IMG/VR virus record: IMGVR_UViG_3300035661_000004
Length of the DNA stretch: 64,000 nt
Reading direction: 5' to 3' (one strand)
DNA from: a virus
Taxonomy: Duplodnaviria; Caudoviricetes
Below, piece by piece: positions 1 to 9,408 of the stretch. Within the stretch, counting starts at the first letter, position 1; every line of letters starts with the position of its first letter. The translations under genes were made by a program, and so were the position numbers. The notes below the pieces were generated by a model. It had not been told where the DNA came from. It saw nothing but the letters and a program-made list of their open reading frames with translations, and searched no databases.

Positions 1-1
1 T

Positions 2-1561
2 AACAACGTCGAGCTGTTTAAGTCGATGGCCAAGATGCGAGACATCATTACTGCCCAGCGTGACGCGGATGGTACAGACGCGAGCTTTAAGGGCAATGTA
101 TTCGTTGACCGAGCAGCCGCAGCGGGTAAAGAGCTCGAAAAGTACATGGGCTTAGGTAAGGATGCAAATAGCGCTCAAGCTCGAGGCTTCGACCAGTCAA
201 AGGCTGGCCAAGACAAACTCGCGGCTGCGTCATATAGCAATACGCTGTCAGGCGCCAACGGCGAGACGACCGAGCTAGGTAAGGCATTTGGCCGGCTGCG
301 AGACGCTGTTGACGGTGTAACAGCCGTGATGGGCAACCCGTTCACGTCAGCTGTCTCAGCGTTTGGCGCTGCGATGCTTGCTACCAGCTCAACCGTGCGC
401 GGCGCTGTGCAGAACGTAGCAGGTAAGATGTTAAAGTCGGCAACGTCCTTCTCTACAGGTGTAGGAGGCTTGCTTAAGAACGTCCTAGGCGGCGTGATGC
501 GCTGGGTCATGGCCTTCGGCCTTGACAAGGTCTTAGGTTTGGCTGGTGTCGGTGATAACAAGATTGATGAAACCCAGGATGACGCCAACTGGAACCAGAT
601 GACTGCGTGGGAGAAGATGCAGTCAGGTACGGGTCGTGGCATTGAGAAGGTTGGCTCGTTCTTCGGGCTTGAGAACATCACCAACTCTGCTCAAGCAGGC
701 CGTATCGACAAGGAGAGCGCTTGGCTAAAGAGCCAAGGCCGAGGCGCCACGCCGACATCAGTGCCGCAAGTCTCTGCACCGCCAGCCGCAGCCACACCGA
801 CTCAAAGCAGTGCGACAAATAAGACAAACGAAGCTCTGATGCTGAAGGCGCTCGCCGACAAGGGCATCACCGATCCTCGTCAGCAAGCGATGTTGATGGG
901 TCAGCTCTCGCACGAGTCGGGCGGCTTCAGCAAGCTGTTTGAAGGCGGCGCTGCCTCCTACTTTAGCAAGTATGAAGGGCGCACGGACCTGGGTAACACA
1001 ACGTCAGGTGACGGCTACAAGTTTCGCGGTCGTGGGTTCATACAGCTGACGGGTAAGTCGAACTATGAGCAGGCCTCAAAAGCGCTCGGAATTGACCTCG
1101 TGGGCAACCCAGACATGGCGTCTGATCCACAGATCGCCGCACAGATCGCCGCATGGTATGTGACGAAGGACCGCGAGGGTGGTTCATCAGCCGACCTCGC
1201 CGCCAATGGTGACTTCAACGGGTTGACTAAGTCGATCAACGGTGGCTTCAACGGCGTAGAGGATCGTTCAAACCGGACGATGCAGTACTTAGCCCAAGTA
1301 CAAGCAGGCAACATGCCGTTGGTCACGCCAGGTCAGGCTACCGTCACTACGCCTGTACCGGCTTCCGCGCCTGTAAGCGGCACGTCGTCGGCTCCAGTCA
1401 TGACCGGCTCGCGCCAGGTTTCAAGCAACAACCCGACGCTAGATGAGCTGCAAAAGCATACCTCCCTGCTTAGCTCGCTGGTCAACCTCCTCGGTAAGTC
1501 ACCTGGCTCACGCCGTGGCTACCAGATGGACCCACAAGCCGGAGCAAATGTAGCGCCTTAA
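2..1561 (+). CDS. 5'-truncated tape-measure-like/tail-associated protein with C-terminal GH19 (chitinase/endolysin-like) peptidoglycan hydrolase domain
   Basis: Frame is open from base 2 (NNVELFKS-M), so the gene starts before the window. The Ala/Gly-rich helical N-terminal part is followed by GH19 motifs QLSHESGGF, YEGRTDLGN, DGYKFRGRGFIQLTGKSNY and INGGFNG. Confidence 0.8.
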   Translation, partial: NNVELFKSMAKMRDIITAQRDADGTDASFKGNVFVDRAAAAGKELEKYMGLGKDANSAQARGFDQSKAGQDKLAAASYSNTLSGANGETTELGKAFGRLRDAVDGVTAVMGNPFTSAVSAFGAAMLATSSTVRGAVQNVAGKMLKSATSFSTGVGGLLKNVLGGVMRWVMAFGLDKVLGLAGVGDNKIDETQDDANWNQMTAWEKMQSGTGRGIEKVGSFFGLENITNSAQAGRIDKESAWLKSQGRGATPTSVPQVSAPPAAATPTQSSATNKTNEALMLKALADKGITDPRQQAMLMGQLSHESGGFSKLFEGGAASYFSKYEGRTDLGNTTSGDGYKFRGRGFIQLTGKSNYEQASKALGIDLVGNPDMASDPQIAAQIAAWYVTKDREGGSSADLAANGDFNGLTKSINGGFNGVEDRSNRTMQYLAQVQAGNMPLVTPGQATVTTPVPASAPVSGTSSAPVMTGSRQVSSNNPTLDELQKHTSLLSSLVNLLGKSPGSRRGYQMDPQAGANVAP

Positions 1562-1591
1562 GCGGCGCCTAAATAGCTCCATTGATCGTGG

Positions 1592-2197
1592 ATAAATAAG
1601 TATAGCCGTTGCTACAATGCTATCATCGATTCAGCTCGACATCGCATTTTAGATGGCTATGCTGAACGTCATCATGTGCTTCCCAAATCATTGGGCGGGA
1701 CTGATGACCAGAGTAATGTGGTTAGCTTAACAACACGTGAGCATTTTATCTGTCACGCCTTGCTTGTGAAGATGACCGAAGGGAAGGATAAGTACAAGAT
1801 GGTACTTGCCTTAGCCAAAATGAAATGCTTTAGCCCTGATCATGAGCGATATGTGAATGCACGGTTATTTGAGTTTGCTCGACAGCAGCATAGCATAATG
1901 CAACGAGATCCGGTGCTTGATGTTGAGCGTCGAAAGAACATTTCTGCTGGTTGGGCAGCAAGGACTAAGAAAAAGATTCTCTCGGCTGAGCATAAGCGTA
2001 AGATCGCTGAAGCTGGTCAAGGTCGGTTACATACCGATGAGTATAAGGCGCATATGTCTCATAGCAAATCCCAATACTGGGCCGATAAGAAGGCCTCAGG
2101 TGAGTTTTACTCAACACGTGTATGCCCTTGCGGTATAAGCGGTCGAGGCCCTAACATGTCTCGTTATCACTTTGCAAATTGCAAGGGAGCAAAATAA
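1592..2197 (+). CDS. Free-standing HNH homing endonuclease with NUMOD3-like C-terminus; start codon uncertain (ATA at 1592, or the ORF-track GTG at 1676 which lies inside the HNH motif)
   Basis: In-frame reading INKYSRCYNAIIDSARHRILDGYAERHHVLPKSLGG...LTTREHFICHALL is the typical phage HNH signature. LSAEHKRKI and HTDEYKAHMS are NUMOD3-like. Sequence is more AT-rich than its neighbours. Confidence 0.85.
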   Translation: MNKYSRCYNAIIDSARHRILDGYAERHHVLPKSLGGTDDQSNVVSLTTREHFICHALLVKMTEGKDKYKMVLALAKMKCFSPDHERYVNARLFEFARQQHSIMQRDPVLDVERRKNISAGWAARTKKKILSAEHKRKIAEAGQGRLHTDEYKAHMSHSKSQYWADKKASGEFYSTRVCPCGISGRGPNMSRYHFANCKGAK

Positions 2198-3873
2198 TGG
2201 CTGGTCAATTTGTAGACTTCTGGAGGATTGTCAAGCCCTCCGCACCGAAGACCAGCTACGTTGGTGACCCTGACGACTTCAAGCTCTACAGCAACTTCAG
2301 CTGGTATAGCAAGGTCATGAAGGGTGCGGGTAGCCGCTTCCAAAAGTACTCGCAGTACAAGAACATGGACGGCGACGTGTTCGTCTCTCGCGCGCTTGAT
2401 CAGATTGCGGCTGAGATGACGAGCGAGGACACAAAGACCAACCTCCCTTTCAAGATTACGTATCAGTCTGAGGCCAATGAGGAGGTGCCTGAGAACATCG
2501 TTGTGACCGTGCGCGCTGCCCTGCGGCACTGGTGTGACATGCAGAACCTGTATAAGCTAAGCTTTGACATCGCTCGCATGACGGTCAAGTTCGGCGACTG
2601 CTTCTTCCGCAAAACCTCTGACTTCAAACTGTGGGAGTATGTTGACCCGTCCGACGTGATCGGCATCCACTTGGACAAGGAAACGGGCAAGCCCCAGTTT
2701 TACCAAGTGCGTAAGGGCGACAGCTCTGACAAGAACTCCTTCGGTGACGCTGAGATCGTGCCTGCTGCAGGCATGGTCCACTTCTCGCTGTCTTCGGGCA
2801 TCGGCGACAATGGACCGTTCGGCGAGTCCGTCCTCTTTCCGGTCATCAAGGCGTTCCGCCACTTGAGCTTGCTGCAAGACTCGGTCATCATCTACCGAAT
2901 CGTGCGAGCCCCTGAACGTCGCGTCTTCTCGATTGACGTGGGCAACATGCCGCCCCAGCGCGCTAAGGCCTACCTCGAAGCGATCAAAAACGAGATCAAG
3001 CAGAAGCGCATGCCTAACGAGTCGGGCGGTCAAGAGAAGATCGACAGCGTCTACAACCCGATGTCCATGGTCGAAGATTACTTCTTCATGCAAACGGCCG
3101 ACGGCCGAGGCTCAAAGGTTGACACGCTCTCCGGCGGTGAGAACCTCGGCGAGATCAAGGACCTGAACTACTTCCAGAACATCTTCCTGCAAGGCCTGCG
3201 GATCCCATCGAGCTACATGCGCGGTTCGGATGACAACGGCTCGCAGGTGCAGGACGGTAAGGTCGGCGTCGCCTACATGGAGGAGCGCAACTTCTTCAAG
3301 TACGTGCAGCGGCTGCAGCGCAACCTATGCCCGTCCTACGACCGCGAGTTCAAGGCTTACCTCAAGTCAGCAGGCATCCGTGTCGACTCGAACCTGTTCA
3401 AGATTGAGCTCACCGACCCGCAAAACTTCGACGTGTACAAGCAGGCCGAAGTCGATGAGAAGTTGATGTCCAACTTCAACAATATCAAGGACGTTGAGTT
3501 CATCGCCGGGCGCGTTAAGCTGTCGCGCTACCTGGGTTGGTCAGAAGACGAGATCCAAATGAACGAAGAGATTCTCAAGAAGGAGCTTGGCCTGCCTGCC
3601 GATGACATCGACGAGCGCCTGACCATCATCCGCATGATGTACGACAAGAACTGGATCGAGCATCGCCCTGAGCCGAAGGTTGACGAGTCGTGGGACAACC
3701 ACGTAGCGGCCTCGAAGCAGCAGGTAGCCCCAGAGGAACAAGAGCCGGCTGAAGACGAAGCCGCGCCGGAGGAGGAAGCTGAAGAAGGCGGCGAAGAGGA
3801 AGCTCCGGATGACGAAGCAGAAGCAGGCGCTGACCTGCCATCCGTCGATGACATGAAGAAGACCTTAGGATGA
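2197..3873 (+). CDS. gp20: Portal vertex protein (T4 gp20-like)
   Basis: Motifs IYRIVRAPERRVFSIDVGNMP, YNPMSMVEDYFF, GSKVDTLSGGENLGEIKDLNYF; acidic C-terminal tail. ATG at 2197 overlaps the HNH stop (TAATG). Confidence 0.95.
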   Translation: MAGQFVDFWRIVKPSAPKTSYVGDPDDFKLYSNFSWYSKVMKGAGSRFQKYSQYKNMDGDVFVSRALDQIAAEMTSEDTKTNLPFKITYQSEANEEVPENIVVTVRAALRHWCDMQNLYKLSFDIARMTVKFGDCFFRKTSDFKLWEYVDPSDVIGIHLDKETGKPQFYQVRKGDSSDKNSFGDAEIVPAAGMVHFSLSSGIGDNGPFGESVLFPVIKAFRHLSLLQDSVIIYRIVRAPERRVFSIDVGNMPPQRAKAYLEAIKNEIKQKRMPNESGGQEKIDSVYNPMSMVEDYFFMQTADGRGSKVDTLSGGENLGEIKDLNYFQNIFLQGLRIPSSYMRGSDDNGSQVQDGKVGVAYMEERNFFKYVQRLQRNLCPSYDREFKAYLKSAGIRVDSNLFKIELTDPQNFDVYKQAEVDEKLMSNFNNIKDVEFIAGRVKLSRYLGWSEDEIQMNEEILKKELGLPADDIDERLTIIRMMYDKNWIEHRPEPKVDESWDNHVAASKQQVAPEEQEPAEDEAAPEEEAEEGGEEEAPDDEAEAGADLPSVDDMKKTLG

Positions 3874-4442
3874 AGCTATCTAACCTGCTCGAAGGAGCTG
3901 TCCCCCGGCAACAGCTCTTGAAGTTCCAGCAAGAGTTGGTTGATCAGCTTGATGATGACTTCAACGTGCAGGTTAGCAGCGACAAGATCCTAATTCGACA
4001 CCCTTCCCTGAAGCAGCCGATGAAGCTCGACATGAAGGACCCGGAGCATGTCAGATTTTACGCTCAGAAATGCAGCATTAACCATCCGCTGTTCATTCAC
4101 GGTGTAGTCGAGATCATCAATGAGCGAATGGCTATTCCTAAGATGAAGGCGTGGCTGCTCGCGCATGGCTTTAAGCAGCTCACAAATGATGAGAAAGCTG
4201 AGCTGTGCGCAAGGCATAACGTGACACTGTATTCAGCTGGCTCGAAGATGGAGAACTTCCATCATGAAGCACACGGCAGCGAGCCTCCGATCATCGTGAT
4301 GCTTGGTTATGACAGCTATAAGAACGTGCATATGAATTACATGCTGTTGCCATTTGATAAGATGCCTCAAAATAAGTTTCTCCAAGGCCATGACTTTGAG
4401 GGCTATGATGACATGGTCAAGAAGCTCGAGAAGATAGTATGA
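3870..4442 (+). CDS. Hypothetical protein with MKLSNLLE leader and LLKFQQELVD motif (putative head-packaged protein)
   Basis: 190-aa ORF coupled to the portal by an ATGA overlap; N-terminal motifs are shared with many ORFs in the window. Confidence 0.75.
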   Translation: MKLSNLLEGAVPRQQLLKFQQELVDQLDDDFNVQVSSDKILIRHPSLKQPMKLDMKDPEHVRFYAQKCSINHPLFIHGVVEIINERMAIPKMKAWLLAHGFKQLTNDEKAELCARHNVTLYSAGSKMENFHHEAHGSEPPIIVMLGYDSYKNVHMNYMLLPFDKMPQNKFLQGHDFEGYDDMVKKLEKIV

Positions 4443-4945
4443 AGCTGACTAACCTGCTTGAGCAAACCGTTACCTCGAAGGATATGCTCACTGTTCAACA
4501 AGCTGTTGTGGATGACTTGCATGATGACAGCTGGGAGATTAGCTTGTCAAAGGGTGCATTGACAATGAAAAAGGGCGACGTCAAAGTAACATTCAACTTT
4601 GAGAGCCGTACTATCACCTCAGCTCAGCCTAAGCTCGTCTACGAGGTTGACTTTGCTGACCATCCCGAAGCGGCCTTGCTATCAGTGGCTGCCCTACTTG
4701 ACCTGAAGCATGAGTTGGTTAAAAGCTTAAAAGGCTACAAATACAGCTTCATCATCAATGACGGCGACGGGACGATTTTGCTAATCGCTGAGAAGCGCAT
4801 CCACCCATCGACATTTGAAGTACGCTTTGAGTTTGAGTATGACGGTGAGTGGATAGCTAATCATGCTGATAAGTCAGGTGACCGAACAGCTAGTTTTACC
4901 TCACTTGAAGACACCATGGTGTGGGTCGAAGAGTGGGAAGGATGA
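4439..4945 (+). CDS. Hypothetical protein with MKLTNLLE leader and MLTVQQAVVD motif; paralog of the 3870 ORF
   Basis: 168-aa ORF with ATGA overlap; N-terminus aligns by eye with the preceding ORF. Confidence 0.75.
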   Translation: MKLTNLLEQTVTSKDMLTVQQAVVDDLHDDSWEISLSKGALTMKKGDVKVTFNFESRTITSAQPKLVYEVDFADHPEAALLSVAALLDLKHELVKSLKGYKYSFIINDGDGTILLIAEKRIHPSTFEVRFEFEYDGEWIANHADKSGDRTASFTSLEDTMVWVEEWEG

Positions 4946-4984
4946 AGCTCTTCACGGATTAGCCTTCACTAGCATTTTGCTCGG

Positions 4985-4990
4985 TAAATA
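4985..4990 (+). promoter_or_regulatory. Late promoter TAAATA upstream of the prohead protease
   Basis: Core of the T4 late consensus TATAAATA, in an intergenic position before a late gene. Confidence 0.75.
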
Positions 4991-5016
4991 GCACAGTTAC
5001 TCCCCAAGGGATCCCA

Positions 5017-5652
5017 ATGTCTGACAAGCTCGTTCTCATCGAAAGCATCCACCCGTCGAACGCACGGCTGATTGTCGAGGAGCATGACTCTACGAAGTCC
5101 TCCTACCTCAGCGGCATCTTCATGCAAGCTGACCTCGTCAACGGCAACGGTCGTGTGTACCCGCTGGAGGAGATCGCCGCTTCGGTGAACTCGATCAACC
5201 AGCGTATCGCTGAAGGCCAGACGGTCTACGGCGAGCTGAACCACCCCGACAACCTGACGATCGACCTCAACAACGTGTCGCACATCATCACCGAGATGAA
5301 GATGGACGGCGCAAACGCGATCGGCAAGGCACGCATCATCGAAGGTCACCCGAAGGGTCAGATCGTTAAGGCTATCTTGAACGCTGGCGGCAAGCTGGGC
5401 GTCTCCTCGCGCGGCTCGGGTAACGTGGTCGAAGGCCGCGTGTCAGGCTTCTCGCTAGTAACCGTTGACGTAGTTGCAACTCCGTCCGCACCGAATGCAT
5501 TCCCTGGCCATGTCATGGAAGCGCTGACAGAAAATAAGAAGATCATGACCCTCGCTGAAGCGATGGTCCACAGCAATGACGCCCAGAAGTACTTCGCGAA
5601 GGAGCTCGCCTTCTTCTTCGAAAAGCTCACTGGCCAACAGCTCAGGAAGTAA
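5017..5652 (+). CDS. gp21: Prohead core protease (T4 gp21-like)
   Basis: GIFMQADLVNGNGRVYP, GELNHP, LGVSSRGSGNV, TVDVVATPSAPNAF. Confidence 0.95.
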   Translation: MSDKLVLIESIHPSNARLIVEEHDSTKSSYLSGIFMQADLVNGNGRVYPLEEIAASVNSINQRIAEGQTVYGELNHPDNLTIDLNNVSHIITEMKMDGANAIGKARIIEGHPKGQIVKAILNAGGKLGVSSRGSGNVVEGRVSGFSLVTVDVVATPSAPNAFPGHVMEALTENKKIMTLAEAMVHSNDAQKYFAKELAFFFEKLTGQQLRK

Positions 5653-5654
5653 TC

Positions 5655-6161
5655 ATGGAACTCGAACTTTTGAAGTCCCTCGTCATCCTCACGGAGTCGA
5701 AGGCTAAACCTAAGGTAAAGAAGGAGCCTGAAATTGCTGCAGATGATGCAGCTGTAGCTCCTCCTGAAGGTGATACAAGCCTCGCGCCGAATAAGACAGC
5801 GTTCTTCTTCCGTCCGAAGTTTGACATCTACACAAACCTCGAACAAACCGAGAATCAAGACCTTCGTCGCGAGACGAAGCGCGTCTACGCAATCTTCGGT
5901 CGTGAGCATGAACGTGCTGCCGTCTACGGCGTCACCTCAGGCTCTGAGCGCGAGTTCAAGCGTGCCGCACGTGCCCTGGGCATCTCAACGGACGGCGAAG
6001 TTACCCTGGAGCGTGTCAAGCGTGCAGGCTTCACCCTCACTGGCCGTATCGGCATCAAGCGCTTGATGAAGCGCGGCGACTTCGTTGTGTCCCTTGTGGG
6101 CCCGAATGATGACGCAGCGCCGATCACTTTCTACACGGCAAAGCCGATTGAGGAGCAATAA
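5655..6161 (+). CDS. Hypothetical protein, possibly a prohead core component (ILTE cleavage-like site)
   Basis: 168-aa ORF with host-like codon bias between gp21 and gp22. Confidence 0.65.
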   Translation: MELELLKSLVILTESKAKPKVKKEPEIAADDAAVAPPEGDTSLAPNKTAFFFRPKFDIYTNLEQTENQDLRRETKRVYAIFGREHERAAVYGVTSGSEREFKRAARALGISTDGEVTLERVKRAGFTLTGRIGIKRLMKRGDFVVSLVGPNDDAAPITFYTAKPIEEQ

Positions 6162-6482
6162 ATGTTGGACGTAAAACGCACTGGATATGATAACCTCTGG
6201 CTCGTAGTTGGCCATGACTGGCAAGCGCGTATGCTCGCCCACGGTTTTGCCGGCGATGCATGGCAAGCTGAAGCAAAACGCCTGACGGACAACTTCGCCA
6301 AGCTGGACAAGAAGGACGTTGTTGAAGTTGCTAAGTGGGAGAACGAAGTCCTCCACGCTTGCGGCATGCATGGCAAGCCGCTGCCAGCCGTTAAGCAGCC
6401 TGAAAAAGTTGTCAAGGCTGTGGCAGTTGAAGAGGTTAAGGCTGAGCCTGTTAAGGCCGCTGAAGCTCCTAAAACTGAGTAA
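6162..6482 (+). CDS. Hypothetical protein
   Basis: 106-aa ORF, GAGG SD, abuts the previous stop codon. Confidence 0.7.
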   Translation: MLDVKRTGYDNLWLVVGHDWQARMLAHGFAGDAWQAEAKRLTDNFAKLDKKDVVEVAKWENEVLHACGMHGKPLPAVKQPEKVVKAVAVEEVKAEPVKAAEAPKTE

Positions 6483-6544
6483 CACTGAAGCGGCTTAGCG
6501 ACAAAAGCTCGCTAAACCAGCCCTTCCAAGAGGGCGCAATCAAG

Positions 6545-6582
6545 GGCCGAAGCATCATAACGGCGATGCTTCGGCCTTTTTT
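6545..6582 (+). terminator. Rho-independent terminator
   Basis: 12-bp stem GGCCGAAGCATC/GATGCTTCGGCC followed by T6. Confidence 0.85.
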
Positions 6583-6617
6583 ATCATCAAAAAGTAGCAT
6601 ATTTTTCAGAATGCTAG

Positions 6618-6623
6618 TAAATA
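6618..6623 (+). promoter_or_regulatory. Late promoter TAAATA for the scaffold/capsid operon
   Basis: Intergenic TAAATA just downstream of a terminator and upstream of gp22. Confidence 0.75.
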
Positions 6624-6674
6624 TCCTCTGTCAAAGATTGATTTGACAGCAACTCTAAACCGGAGACAACACGA

Positions 6675-7583
6675 ATGGATGAAATCCTCAAAAAGCTGCT
6701 TGAGTCAGACTTGCTGAGCGAAGAAACCAAGGCCACGTTGGCGGAGCAGTTCAAGACTGCCACCGACACTTTCCTGGCCGAGGAACGCGCCAAGCTCGAG
6801 ACTGAAGTCAACGCACGCCTGACGGAGGAGTTTGTCAAGGCCCGTGAAGAACTCGTTGAAAGCCTGAACATTAAGCTCGACGAAACCATCAAGGGCGAAT
6901 TTGACGAACTCAAGGGCGACATCGAACAGTTCCGTGACCTCGAAGTTGAGTTTGCCGAAAAGCTCGTTGAAGAGAAGGAACAGCTTGCTGTCCGCTTCGG
7001 CGAAGAGATGGAGATGCTTGTTGACAAGCTCGACCTCTTCCTCGAGTCCCGCGTTGACGCGGAGTTCGAAGAGCTCAAGGAAGACATCGCTGAGGTCAAG
7101 AAGCTCGAACTCGGTCGCAAGATCGTTGAAGCGTTCGGCGTTGAGTACAAGAAGATCTTCAAGGAAGACACTTCGAAGACTGAACGTGAACTCACTGAAG
7201 CACAAGACAAGCTTGCAGACGCTACCAAGCGCCTGGCTGACATCGAACGCCAACGCGTCGCTGAAGCCCGCCAAAGCAAGCTGGACGAGCTGCTCACTCC
7301 GCTGACGGGTTCCACCCGCGAGCAGATGAAGCTCATCCTCAACAATGTATCCACTGAGAAGCTGGACGAAGCGTACAAGGTTTACCTCGCACGCGTTCTG
7401 AAGGAATCGACTGTGGCTACCCCGGTGACTGCAAAGCCGGAAGCTGTTGTACAACTGACCGAAAGCAAGGTTGTCACCGGTAACGAAGGCGAAACTGAAC
7501 AAGTTCAGAAAGTCGATGCAATCACAGACCCAACCGCCGCAGCTTGGCTTTCGCGTCAGCGTAAGCTTGCTGGCATGGCATAA
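6675..7583 (+). CDS. gp22: Prohead core scaffold protein (T4 gp22-like)
   Basis: Glu/Lys-rich coiled coil directly upstream of the major capsid gene; several L-x-E sites (LLES, LTEE, LKES, LTES). Confidence 0.85.
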   Translation: MDEILKKLLESDLLSEETKATLAEQFKTATDTFLAEERAKLETEVNARLTEEFVKAREELVESLNIKLDETIKGEFDELKGDIEQFRDLEVEFAEKLVEEKEQLAVRFGEEMEMLVDKLDLFLESRVDAEFEELKEDIAEVKKLELGRKIVEAFGVEYKKIFKEDTSKTERELTEAQDKLADATKRLADIERQRVAEARQSKLDELLTPLTGSTREQMKLILNNVSTEKLDEAYKVYLARVLKESTVATPVTAKPEAVVQLTESKVVTGNEGETEQVQKVDAITDPTAAAWLSRQRKLAGMA

Positions 7584-7606
7584 CCCTACTCCCTGGAGAC
7601 ACTCAA

Positions 7607-8962
7607 ATGCAATTTCTGAAAGAAGCAAAGGTTTGGGGCGAAGCCAAGTCCGCTCTGCTCGAAAACCTTGACCCGACCAAGACGCGTATCGTCGACCTCG
7701 CGCTGGAAAACCAGCGCAAGTACCTCCTGGAAACTGCTGGCGCTGACGTCGTTTCGACCGGCAACGTCGCTAACTTCCAGAAGATCATGATGCCTATGAT
7801 CCGCCGGATCATCCCTGGCACCATCGGTACCGAAATCGTTGGCGTTCAACCGCTGACTGGCCCAACCGGTCTGATCTTCTCCATGCGCTACGTTTACAAG
7901 AACGCAGCAACCACGGCTGAAACCACGGCTGGCGACATCGCAGTTGATGACGAAGCTTTCGGCAATACGTCTGCTTCGGCACCGTACGCTGGCAAGATGC
8001 GTCGCTTCTACTCCGGTGGCGTGACTCCTGGTGCTTCGGGCGGCCTGTACAACGCTTCTGGCGTTGCAAACGGCGGCGCGTTCACACCGGCTGGCGCGTT
8101 CTCGCTGTCTAGCTCCCCACTGTCTGGCAACGCCGGCGATGTCATCGACATGGAAGCCTTCCCAGGCCGTTCCATGGGCATCCAAGTGCTGCGTCAGGCT
8201 GTTGAAGCCAAGACCCGCAAGCTGCAAGCTAAGTGGTCGATCGAAGCTATGCAGGACCTGTCCTCGCAGCACGGTCTCGACCTCGAAGCTGAGATCACGC
8301 AGGCTCTGTCTGCCGAAATCGTGCACGAAATCGATAACGAAATCGTTACCGACCTGATCCGTCTGGCTGGTACGACTGAGCTGTTCGATATGGCTGGTTC
8401 CTTCACGGGCACCCCGCACTACATCGGTGACCGCCACGCTGTTCTCGGCGTGCTGATCAACAAGGTGGCAAACGACATCGGCGCTAAGACACGTCGCGGC
8501 ATGGCGAACTTCGCTGTGGTCAACCCGCAAATCGTGTCGGTGCTGCAGTCCGCTGCAAAGTCCGTCTTCGCACCTGCCGTTTCTGGCTCGTTCGAAGGTC
8601 CGAACAACACCAAGCTGGTTGGTACACTGAACGGCGCGATCAAGGTTTACTCCTTCCTGTTCGATGCATCGTTCGGTACTGTGGCAGCTGCTTCGGCAGT
8701 CCCAGGTGGCGCAGGCGCTTCGTCGCAGATCGTTCTGATCGGCTACAAGGGCGGCAACGGCGAAACGGACGCAGGTTACTTCTACTGCCCGTACATCCCG
8801 CTGATGACCAGCAACACCGTTGTGGATCCACAGACCTACAACAACCAAATCGCGGTCATGACCCGCTACGGCAAGGCAACGTTCACTTCGAGCGCTTCCT
8901 CCCTGGCGAACTCGGCCGACTACTACGGCAAGATCGTCGTCAACAACCTCACGTTCCTGTAA
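7607..8962 (+). CDS. gp23: Major capsid protein (T4 gp23-like)
   Basis: VGVQPLTGPTGLIFSMRY, VEAKTRKLQAKWSIEAMQDL, GYFYCPYIPL, AVMTRYG; strong codon bias. Confidence 0.97.
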   Translation: MQFLKEAKVWGEAKSALLENLDPTKTRIVDLALENQRKYLLETAGADVVSTGNVANFQKIMMPMIRRIIPGTIGTEIVGVQPLTGPTGLIFSMRYVYKNAATTAETTAGDIAVDDEAFGNTSASAPYAGKMRRFYSGGVTPGASGGLYNASGVANGGAFTPAGAFSLSSSPLSGNAGDVIDMEAFPGRSMGIQVLRQAVEAKTRKLQAKWSIEAMQDLSSQHGLDLEAEITQALSAEIVHEIDNEIVTDLIRLAGTTELFDMAGSFTGTPHYIGDRHAVLGVLINKVANDIGAKTRRGMANFAVVNPQIVSVLQSAAKSVFAPAVSGSFEGPNNTKLVGTLNGAIKVYSFLFDASFGTVAAASAVPGGAGASSQIVLIGYKGGNGETDAGYFYCPYIPLMTSNTVVDPQTYNNQIAVMTRYGKATFTSSASSLANSADYYGKIVVNNLTFL

Positions 8963-9010
8963 TCCAGGAAGCCGTCGCAAGGCGGTGTTGTTTACGGCTC
9001 AAGCCAACTC

Positions 9011-9034
9011 AGGCCACCCGCGGGTGGCCTTTTT
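9011..9034 (+). terminator. Rho-independent terminator after the capsid gene
   Basis: AGGCCACCC-GC-GGGTGGCCT followed by a T run. Confidence 0.85.
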
Positions 9035-9118
9035 CTTGCTTGAAGTTTTCTACTCATGGAAAATGTAAGCTGCGAAAGGCTGTGTTTTAAGATCCGCCTC
9101 TCATAACGGATCTTCGTC

Positions 9119-9373
9119 ATGGCATTCAATAAGTTAGCAGCCTTCAAGAAGCCTAAGGCGTTAAAGTCAGCTGATGTTGAGTATGAAAGGAACAACATCT
9201 TCAAGATGGTTAGTCTCCTGACACCTAAGCCTCCTAAGCCGACATTTAAGCGTTGGGAAGATCCGCTTCACAAGCTTGCCATCACAGCTGCTCCTCCTTC
9301 TGCTTGGCAAGAAGCCGAGTATAAAGATCGGCAAGATCGGCAAGTTCGGGCGATTGAAGACGCGCTTAGCTAG
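9119..9373 (+). CDS. Hypothetical basic protein
   Basis: 84-aa ORF with no recognisable motif. Confidence 0.5.
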   Translation: MAFNKLAAFKKPKALKSADVEYERNNIFKMVSLLTPKPPKPTFKRWEDPLHKLAITAAPPSAWQEAEYKDRQDRQVRAIEDALS

Positions 9374-9408
9374 TTTACATGCATCGGCGGACTGAATAAA
9401 ATCCGTAC

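Noticed and set aside
7586-8980. Long antisense ORFs opposite the capsid, scaffold, portal, sheath and other genes
   Set aside because: Shadow ORFs produced by strong codon bias on the coding strand; no motifs, SD or promoter support.
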